Assembly (NCBI GenBank): GCA_964016885.1
Contig: OZ024747.1
Span: 620,001 to 684,000 of the forward strand
DNA from: Eledone cirrhosa
Lineage: Eukaryota
Reading direction: 5' to 3'
DNA length: 64,000 nucleotides
Shown: positions 51,601-60,900 of the stretch, one piece after another
Layout: each line of letters opens with the position of its first letter
Position numbering within the stretch: the stretch's first letter is position 1
Program-made: the position numbers and the translations under genes
The notes under the pieces: generated by a model
Told to the model about the DNA's origin: nothing
What the model saw: the letters and a program-made list of their open reading frames with translations, nothing else
Databases searched by the model: none

Positions 51601-54595
51601 CTGGCACTTCTTCACCCATCAGTCATCCTCCATACGCATCACATGTCCATACCACCTCAGTCTCCTCTCTCGCACACTACATTCTATCCCTCTGACAGTT
51701 TCTCTCTCAACACATCCATGCTGGGTCATTCACACACATTGACATTGCACATCCAATGGAGCATGCTTGCCTCATTTCTCTCCAGCCGTCGCATATCCTC
51801 TGCAGTTGCTGCCCATGTCTCACAACCATGCAGCATCACGCTCCTCACACAGGCATCATATAACCAGCCTTTCGTACGCAGGGAGAAACCCTTCGTCAGC
51901 AGAGGAAGCAGCTCCCTAAACTTCTTCCAACCCGTCCTTATTCTAGATACTATGGCCTCGGAACACCCCCCTCCCATGCTAATCTGATCTCCTAGGTACC
52001 GGAAGCTATCCACCACTTCTATAGCACCCGCTTGCATTTGAAAAATGTGTCTATCAATGCAACTTCTACTGTCTAATTTCCCTGTACATCTACTGCATAT
52101 GTATTTCACCCTACCTGTTAGTTTGCCTGCTATCCCACTACATCTCTTGTGTACCCAAGATCTGCATTGTGTGCATTTTAGAGAATTTATGCCAGTTCCT
52201 TTTCTGCATATCGAACATGGCCGGAATCAGAGTTTTGTCCTCTTTTCTACTCATCAACACTTTTGTCTTAGCTAGGTTTACTCTCAGTCCTCTTGCTTCA
52301 AACTGCTGTTTCCATAGCCAGAATTTATTCTCTAGCTCCTCTACTGATTCTGCTATAAGAACCAGATCGTCAGCATAGAGAAGTTCCCATGGACAGCCAG
52401 TCTTAAACTCCTCTGTTATGGCTTGGAGGACTATAAGGAACAAGAGCGGGCTGAGGACCGAACCTTGATGTACTCCTACTTGTATCTGGAATTCCTCACT
52501 AAACTCCATTCCTACCCTGACTTTACTGAGAGTACCTCTGTACAAAGTTTGCACTGTCCTCACAAGCCATTCCTCAACACCTAGTTTCCTTAGGGACCAC
52601 CAGATAGGCCTTCTCTAGGTCAACAAAGGCTAAGTATAGTGGCTTATTTTTCTCTAAGAACCTCTCTTGTAATTGTCTCACCAAGAAGAGGGCAGCTGTT
52701 GTACTCTTCCCAGACACAAAACCAAACTGCATCTCATCTAGTTTGACCCTTTCTCTAATTAGTTGTGCTAATATCCTTTCTGCCACTTTCATAACCTGAT
52801 CCATCAGTTTTATACCCCCATAATTGCTCCTCTCCAGAGCATCCCCTTTACTTTTGTAGCAATTTCTGAGAATACTGCTGCACCAGTCTTTGGGTATGAC
52901 ACCACCATATATAGCCTAATTGATGATGCGTGCAACCAGTTTAGTGCCTACGTCCCTTGATGCCTTCAGCATCTCAGCAACTATCCCCGATGGTCCAGCA
53001 GCCTTACCATTTTTCATTTCCGTAATCGCCTCTTGGACCCTGTATTCGTCAATCTCAATAGCTGGTCCCTCTGTCGGATCTACTGAGGGTAATTTCTCTC
53101 TCTCCCATTCGTTCTCCACATTCAGCAAATGACATTTCCAGGCCTCCTTTTTCTGATCATTCGTGACACTAAGTACACCGGCATCATTCCGGACACATTT
53201 ATCTCCAACAACATCCTGATTTGCATTGACACACTGCCTTGCAATGTGGAACACCGCACGCCTCTGATCTTCCCGTCGCAGAACATTGGCAAACCCCTAC
53301 TCTCAGCCTCCCTGCGTGCTAAGTACACCTGACTTCTAGCTTCTTTCTTAGCGGCTGTATATCCTTCTCTACTCCCACCCTTTTTCCATGCCTTCCATGC
53401 CAGTCTTTTGTCTCTAATGGTATTATCTACTGTGCTGTTCCACCACCAGGTCACTCTCTGTCTGGTTGGAGCTCTGCTCCAGCCACAAGTTTCATCAGTA
53501 GCTTGCAGTAAGTTGTCACGTAAGAAATTTCGTCTAAATCGCCTTCTTTTTCGTCATACACATCTTGAAGGGCTTTCCTAAATTTTTGTATTTTAGTGAA
53601 AGGTCTTTTAGCTTTCAGACCTTTCTTCTCCACACCTTCCTGTATGTCTCATTCCATCTCTTGCTTACTGAGATATCACTAACGACTAACCTATGCTGTG
53701 GGGTACATTCTTCCCCAGGGTATGCCTTGGTATTAGACACCATCTGCCTGTCCCGCTGCCTAACTAGTAAGAAGTCAATCTGGCTTATGTGCTCGTCAGA
53801 TTTGTAGGTTATTAGGTGGTTGGCAGGTTTCTGGAAGTTAGTGTTGCAAATAATCAGTGTACTTGCATCACAAAATTCAAGAAGTTTCACTCCTTCATTT
53901 CTTGAGCTGTCCAACATGACCATTGAAGACCCCTGCTAGCATAACGATGTCTCCATCCTCTATCATTGCAGTTGTTTGTAAAAGTTGCTCGTAAAAGCAG
54001 TCTTTCTCTTCTTTGCCTAGGCCTGCTTGGGGAGCATAGGCAGAGATGATTGTCAGTAGTCTTCTGCCTACAACTAATCTAAGCTTAATTATTCAATTAC
54101 TAATTCGAACTACCTCTATTGTCTTATTGATCCATCTCTCAGCCAGGAAAATGCCTACTCCCCCTAACCCATCATCCTTACCTACCCAGAAAAGCTTATA
54201 GCTAAGATGTTTGCCTACGACTAGTCTCACAGAGGCACCTCTCCATCTCACCTCTTGCACACATCCACATGCCTTCTCTCTAGCAACTCCGCTATTTCAG
54301 CAGATCTACCTCTGAGAGTGCCAACATTAAGTGTTGCAACTCTGAGATGCGATGTCTTCATATTTTGTTGTTCCTATATACTTGTTGCTGTGCTTATAAT
54401 CGTTTTGGCATTGATACACTGGTTGGATGCCCTTCCTAACACCAGCACCACTTTACAGCATGGACTGGGTGCTTTTATTTGTGCCACCAGCACTAGAGAG
54501 GATGTCTTACTAGACTCAAGGGCCCTCTCTACCCCTCCATTTTACAACATGATCATAAGAAAAAAAAACAAAACCCCCCACTTATTGACACTCAC

Positions 54596-54639
<44 letters not shown>

Positions 54640-54754
54640 AACACTCATGCATACAAACTACAAACACACACACACACACACCAACACTCATGCATACAAA
54701 CTACAAACACACACCAACACTCATGCATACAAACACACACACACACACACACAC

Positions 54755-54800
<46 letters not shown>

Positions 54801-57738
54801 TAACGTCAGTACTGATAGAAAATCAAAATCATGTCAACTTGACTTTTCCAGTTCAGTTTTTATATAATAATAATAATAATTGTTTGCTTTACAGCAAAGA
54901 GCAATGGCCCTCCCCTCTCCGGGCCCAAAAAACAAGGCACCAGCAATGCACTGGGACAATTGCTGCCCTGTACCAAGAACAGAATAGTTATTTAGTATTA
55001 TTATTATAGTGGGTGGATTGGCAGTATCGATAGAGGGTCGGACGCCATGCTCTGTAGCATAGAGTTATGCCCCCTTTATGTTCTGAGTTCAAATCCACCT
55101 GAGGTTAACTTTGCTTTCATCCTTACGGGGTCGATAAAATAAAGTACCAGTAATGTACTGGGATAAATGCTGGCCTTGAGCCAAAAGTAGAAACAATTAT
55201 AGTTGATTGCTGGTGGTGGTGGTGGTGGTGAAGGTGGTGGATGGTGTCAGTGATGGTGGTGGATGGTGTCAGTGAAGGTGGTGGATGGTGTCAGTGATGG
55301 TGGTGGATGGTGTCAGTGATGGTGATGTGGTGGTGGATGTTTCCAGTGATGGTGGTGGATGGTGTCAGTGATGGTGGTGGATGGTGGTAGTGGATGGTGG
55401 TAGTGGTGGATGGTGCCATTGATGGTGGTGGTGTCAGTGATGGTGATGGCAGTTGTCGTTGTTGTTCATTTCACTGATACTGCTGCTGCAGACAATGGTG
55501 TTGTTGCTGTTGTTGTAGTCGCTGGGTTGAAATTTTGAAATTTGTTCGCTTCGCGCTTGTGATATATACACATACATATATATACATACACACACATATA
55601 TATATATACATACATACTTACACACACGTACATATATATATATACACACACATTCAACAAAGGAGTTAGCAGTTTGTCAACAGGTCAGCCACCTCATGTG
55701 GTGGTGGTGGGGAGCGAGTGTAGACGTTATTGTGGTGGCGGGGAGCAGTGAGATATAACAAGTTCATAGTCCACTTGTCTCTTTTCCTCTCTTTTCAAAA
55801 TTTGAATTTATGGCCATTTTGCAATGGGAGACAAGTAAGCGTGAAATGTAAAATTTTTAAATAGAGATTGCTCTGGAAAAATATATGGAATATTTCTGTA
55901 GCTTCCACATCTTTTATCAGAACATTTCTCCGGCGTCCAATGAGCAAAAAATTTTTGTATTTTGGTCTTTCAGAATACGAAAATTAGTAAAAACTTACCC
56001 CCACAAAAAACAGTATGTTGTCCTATCTATGAGCTCCATATATATACCTCCCCCTCTCTAAATATATTACCCCACCCCCCACCCCACCCCCTCTATATAT
56101 AAACCCATCCCTTTCTCTATATTGCAACACTCTTTGATTTTCTTTCGCCGTAGATTTTCGTAGATTGTTTACCACCTTACTTCCATTGTTTTACTGAAAG
56201 CGTGACACACACGGTCGGACGCTACGTAGGTATTAGCGTATTAATATATAGATAATAATATTTATGATAATGTTAGAATATTGTGATAAAAGGTGATTAA
56301 TTTAGTTTTCTGTGTTTCAGGGTTACATTAAGAGTAAATGGGAGATTGATGTTGGAGATCAAACTGGTGAGTATAAATATTTTGTTACTTAAAAATATTT
56401 CTCAATTACCATCAATATATCTACACTGTAATGTGGTTCCACTGTAACATGGTTCCACTGTAACGTAGTCCCACACTGTAACGTGGTTCCACTGTAACGT
56501 GATCCCACACTGTAACGTGGTTCTATGGTTACACTGTAACATGGTTCCACACTGTAACGTGGTTGGTGTTAGGAAGGACATTCAGCTGTGGAAACGAAGC
56601 CAAAATACAGATCTGAATGAGCATGACATGGTCTCCAGAACTAGCTTGTCTCATAATCTGACAACCTGTCCAATCCATGCAAGTGTAGAAAATGGAAATT
56701 AAACAATGGCGATGAGACTTGTTTTAAACCCTCCATTTAACCAGTGTAGATGACTGCAACCAACATTTTCTAATTCATCTTCAGCAACAATAGATTCAAC
56801 AGTCTTTCAACTACAAGCAAAAAGAAACTTTTTTTTTTTTTGTTTACTGGTAAATGGAATCAAGCCTGAGCTGTCCATTACTCACTTTATAAATGGATAC
56901 TGTATAAATATGAGTTTGTGAGTTTGAGTAAACACCATTGAGTTGAACACTTAAACACTAGCACACTATAATGGTGTTTCTCATTTAGTGTACTATGTTT
57001 CACTGTTTGATATTTTATACAATACACCTTGTAAACTGGTTGTGTTGGTGATAATAAACACCCAGTCCACCCTGTAAAGTGGTTGTGTTGGTGACACAAC
57101 CAATAAACACCCAGTCCATCCTGTAAACTGGTTGTGTTGTTGACACAACCAATAAACACCCAGTCCATTCTGTAAAGTGGTTGTGTTGGTGACACTACAA
57201 AAAGCTGCTTCATAAATGATCCATCTTTAAGGGTGCTCACCCTATTTTATAGCAGCTTCATACATGAACACACCACTCTTTATATTATGGTAATTGATTT
57301 AAATGATGTAAATTACAGCAATGGCTAAAGTGACAAGAGGGAGAAGATCAGGTTCCAGCATCTTTCTATAAGATGTTGGAATCAAGGAATTGTTATAATG
57401 ATAGACATTTTTGGTGGCTACTAGGCTATTGTGTGTGAATTGAGTTGCGAGGCAGTTTTGAAAACATTGTAATATTACAATTTAAAATAACTTGGTAGCT
57501 CAAACCCAATCAAAATGTGTGTTCTATTTCATGATGGGAGGAATTATCTAAGCTTCTAAGTCATATTTATATATGAATATATTTATGTGTCCAAACCCAT
57601 GCAAGCGTGGAAGATGGACGTTAAGCGATGATGATGATGTGTATATATACACATATTCTCTCTCTTTCTATACATATATTCTTTATTACTCTCTTATTTC
57701 TCTTTATTTTACAGGTCAAGTTACTGACCAAGTACTGG
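1343..57738 (+). CDS. YLPM1: YLP motif-containing protein 1 (YLPM1/ZAP3) orthologue; 18 coding exons in window, 3' end beyond window
   Basis: Spliced model with consistent intron phases. N-terminus MFGNW (human MYPNW); ZAP3-type QYNDWKKQYDEWRIQNKDHPDRQQFKQYE segment; C-terminal KPGRDKRPHQVVVIIRGLPGSGKTYVSKLIRDKE..APRMLCMDDYF..FKKTIDDGFFPFII..KRNIHGR..LLQDAAIPEVEMED..GYIKSKWE matches YLPM1 as I recall it. No stop codon is reached. Confidence 0.93.
2083..2233. repeat. Perfect 71-bp inverted repeat with 9-nt loop, in a foldback element embedded in (TA)n
   Basis: 2083-2153 is the exact reverse complement of 2163-2233; a related degraded copy lies at ~2920-3035. Confidence 0.9.
4640..4810 (-). 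mobile_element. Possible C-terminal fragment of an RLE-type (Hero/R2-like) non-LTR retrotransposon
   Basis: LEIGSQG resembles the EVGxRG motif, followed by a SLSSL..RCS-like segment; very degenerate. Confidence 0.3.
5395..5725 (-). mobile_element. SINE(s): tRNA-like head with CORE-like body, next to a GGAAGGGCATCC module and RTE-type (GAT)n tail
   Basis: Minus strand reads TGGCTTAGTGGTTAGAGC...GAGTTCAATTC...CCTTGAGCAAGACACTT; the tail matches the RTE end at 51385-51450. Confidence 0.7.
6230..8512 (+). mobile_element. Old CR1-group LINE fragment (EN + RT), heavily degraded
   Basis: Traces of YRPP, DFN, NQHG, DFRKAFD, SGVLQGIVLGPPVFIIYIND, FTDHSKL and PHLE across frameshifts. Confidence 0.75.
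9065..9215 (+). repeat. Unclassified ~150-bp dispersed repeat (also ~17030-17160 and ~28160-28325)
   Basis: Shared GAAATCT..TGT.TTCAGA...GATGGGCTC..CCA.GTTT.A.AATGC...AGAAA...GGAGTTA. Confidence 0.7.
9507..10020 (+). CDS. YLPM1: YLPM1 exon 2 (Q/P/A-rich)
   Basis: TTTCTGCAG|CAA acceptor; AAG|GTAAAG donor; QKLTAKNPEEERRMEKLKQQAAQW; phase 0-1. Confidence 0.85.
11330..12335 (-). mobile_element. Degraded Chapaev3-like (CMC) DNA transposase fragment
   Basis: Translates in pieces to LDLPQNSVELLGS, KEVYESMKVVLKKLKYIKHNWMIAEDLKV, IKLALMKQFVNAL, FKYLCGKFPALNEEKLK; family recognised from memory. Confidence 0.6.
12763..12909 (+). CDS. YLPM1: YLPM1 exon 3
   Basis: TTCACAG| ... |GTAGCT; encodes EEQFRAVVKEEEEFERQYNDWKKQYDEWRIQNK; phase 1-1; absent from ORF track. 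Confidence 0.85.
13312..13427. repeat. ~43-bp tandem repeat, ~2.6 copies
   Basis: GGTTGTGTCAAAGACATGACAACCTAC..AGTGTTGGTGATTT; the core also occurs at ~42716. Confidence 0.8.
14030..15683 (+). CDS. YLPM1: YLPM1 exon 4 (large Gly-rich low-complexity exon)
   Basis: TTTCTGCAG| DHPDRQQFKQYENQF ... TT|GTAAGT; lies within the 580-aa ORF; phase 1-2. Confidence 0.87.
17194..17982 (+). mobile_element. 5'-truncated RTE LINE (family RTE-A): ORF C-terminus, 3'UTR and (GAT)n tail
   Basis: MLHGSETWAL...GRPRKTW; near-identical to the reverse complement of 39411-40190. Confidence 0.92.
18375..18650 (+). mobile_element. 3' fragment of a CRE-like (RLE) non-LTR retrotransposon
   Basis: GC-rich island; LAVETSGVLSPRA... 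then, after a frameshift, FQRISLAVLRGNAFSILS, a typical CRE-clade C-terminus. Confidence 0.6.
19186..19246 (+). CDS. YLPM1: YLPM1 exon 5
   Basis: TTTTAG|G GAT GGC ... AAG|GTATCT; 61 nt bridge phase 2 to phase 0 as the model requires. Confidence 0.75.
19615..19810 (-). mobile_element. tRNA-derived SINE family A, full length
   Basis: Minus strand: A box TGGCAGTATTGG, B box GAGTTCAAATTCC, 3' end GGCCTTGTGCCAAAAGTAGAAACAATT. Confidence 0.8.
20372..21151 (+). CDS. YLPM1: YLPM1 exon 6 (G/P/R-rich)
   Basis: TTTGCAG|ATT ... CCT|GTAAGT; 780 nt; phase 0-0. Confidence 0.87.
21355..22039 (-). mobile_element. Non-autonomous Helitron, copy 1, with nested and partly duplicated SINE-A (~21770-21957)
   Basis: Homologous to 28888-29338; 5' TC end; degenerate hairpin and TTAG 3' end. 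Confidence 0.7.
22040..22245 (+). mobile_element. tRNA-derived SINE family A
   Basis: TGGCAGAATCGGTAGAGC (A box) ... GAGTTCAAATCC (B box) ... GCCTTTCATCCTTT. Confidence 0.8.
22881..23305 (+). CDS. YLPM1: YLPM1 exon 7
   Basis: TTTGAAG|GAC ... AG|GTAAGG; phase 0-2. Confidence 0.83.
26790..27400 (-). mobile_element. Cluster of three head-to-tail SINE-A copies
   Basis: Three repeats of GAA.G..AAGT...GGA.TTTG...CAGAA, two followed by TTCTGCCAATCCAC, separated by (TAA)n. Confidence 0.7.
28888..29338 (-). mobile_element. Non-autonomous Helitron, copy 2 (451 bp)
   Basis: Minus strand starts A|TCTAAACTATAATAAA and ends in a GC-rich palindrome plus CTAG|T; inserted in AT with no TSD. Confidence 0.8.
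29444..29595 (+). CDS. YLPM1: YLPM1 exon 8
   Basis: TTATAG| DRNFPPKDF..ETIDYAHR.. |GTAAAC; phase 2-1. Confidence 0.8.
29952..30035 (+). CDS. YLPM1: YLPM1 exon 9
   Basis: TTTACAG| DMARNKPPAVFDYGHKH.. |GTATTG; DYGH motif; phase 1-1. Confidence 0.8.
31134..34165. repeat. Minisatellite, 31-35 bp unit (GGTTTTATCATACCAAACTGCTTGAAACCCCTCCT), roughly 88 copies
   Basis: Directly visible tandem array in intron 9. Confidence 0.97.
34244..34619 (+). CDS. YLPM1: YLPM1 exon 10 (RD/RE-rich)
   Basis: TTGCAG|AC ATG ... AG|GTTAGT; phase 1-2. Confidence 0.83.
35339..35561 (+). CDS. YLPM1: YLPM1 exon 11 (Walker A, GLPGSGKT)
   Basis: TTTAG| ...VVVIIRGLPGSGKTYVSKLIR |GTAAGT. Confidence 0.93.
36312..36431 (+). 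CDS. YLPM1: YLPM1 exon 12
   Basis: DKETNNGGAAPRMLCMDDYFMVEVEK...KKK; AG/GT borders. Confidence 0.93.
36941..37117 (+). CDS. YLPM1: YLPM1 exon 13
   Basis: VLQYEYEPDLEETYRQSILKNFKKTIDDGFFPFII...KSKGFQ; AG/GT borders. Confidence 0.93.
39411..42165 (-). mobile_element. RTE-clade LINE (RTE-A), 5'-truncated within the endonuclease, nested in piggyBac
   Basis: (GAT)n tail at 39411-39430, ~370-nt 3'UTR, uninterrupted ORF. Confidence 0.95.
39781..42168 (-). CDS. RTE reverse transcriptase ORF (795 aa, N-truncated) with PHD-like Cys/His finger
   Basis: QHRL, NYRGIKL, QFGF, FVDLEKAFDRV, GVHQGSILSP, LYADDL; CSVC..CPKC...HKRC...CGRC. Confidence 0.9.
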   Translation of the reverse strand: MSVVNTKSLPHEECTSQHRLIISDLIVRARRTRQQKRTILRRKIWKLKDPTARNKFQSILLDAFDSKEEHLESDNIEGQWKFLKANLLMATDEVCGWSRPVGRRRVTWWWNSKVEGSIKAKKQAWKVWRDGGSREDYQVARREARRQVYFARREAEERKFKHVLQREDQKHEVFRIARQCVKENRDIVGEKCVLNDDGVLAITDADKKVAWKCHYERLLNEENKWEKDSLPHIDPIEGPAVLVEGSIISKAIKDMKTGKVAGPSEIVAEMLKASGTVGHTMVTRIVNQVVQNGVVPKDWHSSIIVNCYKGKGDALDRSNYRGIKLIDQVMKVTEKVIAQLIRERIDLDEMQFGFVSGKSTTDALFIVRQLQEKYLAKGKPLYLAFVDLEKAFDRVPHSIIWWALRKLGVDEWLVRAIQAMYKETVSKVRINNEYSEEVSVKVGVHQGSILSPLLFIIALQAITEEFKTGCPWELLYADDLTLIAESMAELEKKFQTWKHGLESKGLKINLAKTKVLVCRKENKAAVPSGKWPCSVCRKGVGRNSILCPKCKVWVHKRCSGITGKLTKNIDFTCGRCSGAISSSKCPQNTSSFNCAEGSIEIVDSFRYLGDKISSGGGCSESTVARVRTGWKKFRELIPLLAAKGFSLKMKGRLYDACIRTAMLHGSETWALCAEDIRRLERNEACMLRWMCNSNIRERQSINELRKKLEIRGIRCCLLERSLRWYGHVMHMKVDSCITKCRAIKIDGSHGIGRPRKTWDELINSDLTHLHLSKTMSLDRDLWRYSVTEDPPDLNT
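43665..43950 (+). mobile_element. Old RTE 3' fragment
   Basis: Degenerate LREKL.I.GI ... RG.PRK region plus tail similar to the other RTEs. Confidence 0.5.
44015..44098 (+). CDS. YLPM1: YLPM1 exon 14
   Basis: VYVATVHSDVSTCIKRNIHGRTKQDITK; GCAG|...|GTGAGT. Confidence 0.92.
45038..45121 (+). CDS. YLPM1: YLPM1 exon 15
   Basis: IHKNWEETPKHHIHLDIRCLLQDAAIPE; TTTCAG|...|GTGGGT. Confidence 0.92.
45562..45660 (+). CDS. YLPM1: YLPM1 exon 16
   Basis: VEMEDTSDEK...PIGPV; TTTTAG|...|GTAAAG. Confidence 0.88.
46412..46450 (-). ncRNA. Minimal hammerhead-ribozyme-like motif (Penelope-type), possibly degenerate
   Basis: Minus strand CTGATGA-A-GGA ctagca TCC-GAAA-CGTT; stem I is weak. Confidence 0.45.
46856..51147 (-). 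pseudogene. Helitron RepHel pseudogene (Zn finger, HUH Rep, PIF1 helicase)
   Basis: CQYCEAL..CCNNGKV; GKPDLF..TCNP; VIEFQKRGLPHCH; SVKYLF; DAPGGSGKTF; IIDEASM; GDFRQVLPV; HGQLYVAFSR; TRNIVYREVL*; many frameshifts and stops. Confidence 0.93.
51381..54520 (-). mobile_element. Near full-length decayed RTE LINE (RTE-B) nested in the Helitron
   Basis: ATG 54361 MKTSHLRVATLNVGTL; SAYAPQ; QIDFLLV; QHRLVV; FVDLEKA; LYADDL; LHGCETWA; short 3'UTR and (GAT)n tail; 5' boundary approximate. Confidence 0.9.
55008..55200 (+). mobile_element. tRNA-derived SINE family A, full length, nested in the Helitron
   Basis: TGGCAGTATCGATAGAG ... GAGTTCAAATCC ... CATCCTTACGGGGTCGATAAAATAAAGTACCAG. Confidence 0.8.
55210..55450. 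repeat. GGT-rich 22-bp tandem repeat (GGTGGTGGATGGTGTCAGTGAT)
   Basis: Directly visible. Confidence 0.85.
56321..56366 (+). CDS. YLPM1: YLPM1 exon 17
   Basis: GYIKSKWEIDVGDQT; TTTCAG|...|GTGAGT; phase 0-1. Confidence 0.9.
56424..56715 (+). repeat. 16-18 bp tandem repeat (CACTGTAACGTGGTTC) running into a SINE/RTE-tail module
   Basis: ~7 units ending in GTGGTTGGTGTTAGGAAGGACATTCAGCTG. Confidence 0.75.
57020..57195. repeat. ~49-bp tandem repeat, ~3.5 copies (AATAAACACCCAGTCCA..CTGTAAA.TGGTTGTGTTG.TGACACAACC)
   Basis: Directly visible; the unit resembles the RTE UTR module. Confidence 0.75.
57715..57738 (+). CDS. YLPM1: YLPM1 candidate 24-nt microexon (exon 18)
   Basis: Long pyrimidine tract + TTTTACAG, 24 nt encoding (G)QVTDQVL, then GTAAGG; phase 1-1. 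Confidence 0.65.
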
Positions 57739-57976
57739 GTAAGGAACACAACTTTGTTTGTCTATGTTGTCTTAATCTTTAGTGTGATATAGACTAAATA
57801 GAGGAGAGTGACTCAGGTGTGTTGTTGAGTGTGCTTGACATAATAGACATGGTAGATCAGAAGAGGGGATTTAGAAACTGGAAGGTCACTCAAACATAGA
57901 AGCCACTACTTCGATAACATCCATCATTGTAATAAGTAATTCATGGAGTCTCAAAAAATGTAAAGGATTTACATTT

Positions 57977-60900
57977 TGTCTACACTATACATCCCTGTCT
58001 ACACTATACATCCCTGTCTACACTATACACTCCTGTCTACACTATACACCCCTGTCTACACTATACACCGCTGTCTACACTATACACCGCTGTCTACACT
58101 ATACACTCCTGTCTACACTATACACCCCTGTCTACACTATACACTCCTGTCTACACTATACACTCCTGTCTACACTATACACTCCTGTCTACTCTATACA
58201 CCGCTGTCTACACTATACACTCCTGTCTACTCTATACAGCCCTGTCTACTCTATACACTCCTGTCTACACTATACACCCCTGTCTACACTATACACTCCT
58301 GTCTACACTATACACCCCTGTCTACACTATACACCCCTGTCTACACTATACACCCCTGTCTACACTATACACTCCTGTCTACACTATACACTCCTGTCTA
58401 CACTATACACTCCTGTCTACACTATACACTCCTGTCTACTCTATACACCGCTGTCTACACTATACACTCCTGTCTACACTATACACCGCTGTCTACACTA
58501 TACACTCCTGTCTACACTATACACCCCTGTCTACACTATACACCGCTGTCTACACTATACACTCCTGTCTACACTATACACCCCTGTCTACACTATACAC
58601 CGCTGTCTACACTATACACTCCTGTCTACACTATACACCCCTGTCTACACTATACACTCCTGTCTACACTATACATCCCTGTCTACACTATACACTCCTG
58701 TCTACACTATACACTCCTGTCTACTCTATACAGCCCTGTCTACTCTATACACTCCTGTCTACACTATACACCGCTGTTTACACTATACACTCCTGTCTAC
58801 TTTATACACCCCTGTCTACTCTATACACCGCTGTCTACACTATACACTCCTGTCTACACTATACACCGCTGTCTACACTATACACTCCTGTCTACACTAT
58901 ACACCGCTGTTTACACTATACACTCCTGTCTACTCTATACACCCCTGTCTACTCTATACACCGCTGTCTACACTATACACTCCTGTCTACACTATACACT
59001 CCTGTCTACACTATACACCGCTGTCTACACTATACACTCCTGTCTACACTATACATCCCTGTCTACACTATACACTCCTGTCTACACTATACACTCCTGT
59101 CTACACTATACACTCCTGTCTACACTATACACTCCTGTCTACACTATACACTCCTGTCTACACTATACACCCCTGTCTACACTATACATCCCTGTCTACA
59201 CTATACACTCCTGTCTACACTATACACCGCTGTCTGCACTATACACCCCTGTCTACACTATACACCGCTGTCTACACTATACATCCCTGTCTACACTATA
59301 CACTCCTGTCTACACTATACACTCCTGTCTACACTATACACCCCTGTCTACACTATACATCCCTGTCTACACTATACACTCCTGTCTACACTATACACCG
59401 CTGTCTACACTATACACCCCTGTCTACACTATACACCCCTGTCTACTCTATACACCCCTGTCTACTCTATACACCCCTGTCTACTCTATACACCCCTGTC
59501 TACTCTATACACCCCTGTCTACTCTATACACCCCTGTCTACACTATACACTCCTGTCTACACTATACACCGCTGTCTACACTATACACCCCTGTCTACTC
59601 TATACACCCCTGTCTACACTATACACTCCTGTCTACACTATACACCGCTGTCTACACTATACACCCCTGTCTACACTATACACCGCTGTCTACACTATAC
59701 ACCCCTGTCTACACTATACACCCCTGTCTACTCTATACATCCCTGTCTACACTATACACCGCTGTCTACACTATACACCGCTGTCTACACTATACACTCC
59801 TGTCTACACTATACACCCCTGTCTACACTATACACCCCTGTCTACACTATACACTCCTGTCTACACTATACACCCCTGTCTACACTATACACCCCTGTCT
59901 ACACTATACACCCCTGTCTACACTATACACCCCTGTCTACACTATACACCCCTGTCTACTCTATACACCCCTGTCTACTCTATACACCCCTGTCTACACT
60001 ATGCACCCCTGTCTACACTATACACCCCTGTCTACTCTATACATCCCTGTCTACACTATACACCGCTGTCTACACTATACACCCCTGTCTACACTATACA
60101 CTCCTGTCTACACTATACACCCCTGTCTACACTATACACCGCTGTCTACACTATACACCCCTGTCTACACTATACACCGCTGTCTACACTATACACCCCT
60201 GTCTACACTATACACCCCTGTCTACTCTATACATCCCTGTCTACACTATACACTCCTGTCTACACTATACACTCCTGTCTACTCTATACACCGCTGTCTA
60301 CACTATACACTCCTGTCTACACTATACACTCCTGTCTACACTATACACCCCTGTCTACACTATACACCCCTGTCTACTCTATACATCCCTGTCTACACTA
60401 TACACTCCTGTCTACACTATACACTCCTGTCTACTCTATACACCGCTGTCTACACTATACACTCCTGTCTACTCTATACACTCCTGTCTACACTATACAC
60501 CGCTGTCTACACTATACACTCCTGTCTACTCTATACACTCCTGTCTACACTATACACCGCTGTCTACACTATACACTCCTGTCTACACTATACACCCCTG
60601 TCTACTCTATACACCCCTGTCTACACTATACACCCCTGTCTACACTATACACTCCTGTCTACACTATACACTCCTGTCTACACTATACACCCGCTGTCTA
60701 CACTATACACCGCTGTCTACACTATACACTCCTGTCTACACTATACACCGCTGTCTACACTATACACCACTGTCTACACTATACACCGCTCTCTACACTA
60801 TACACCGCTGTCTACACTATACACCGCTGTCTACACTATACACTCCTGTCTACACTATACACCGCTGTCTACACTATACACCCCCTGTCTACACTATACA

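Larger units (their letters stand above)
46662..56252 (-). mobile_element. Autonomous-type Helitron (decayed), both termini present, with nested RTE, SINE and microsatellites
   Basis: 5' A|TCTATATATTAATAC at 56252; 3' hairpin CCATGAA-TTTT-TTCACGG then TCCAGCTAG|T at 46662; the empty site rebuilds a (TAA)n tract. Confidence 0.85.

Noticed and set aside
54255-55009. His/Thr-rich ORFs
   Set aside because: Derived from (CA)n/(TACA)n microsatellites and the antisense of the RTE
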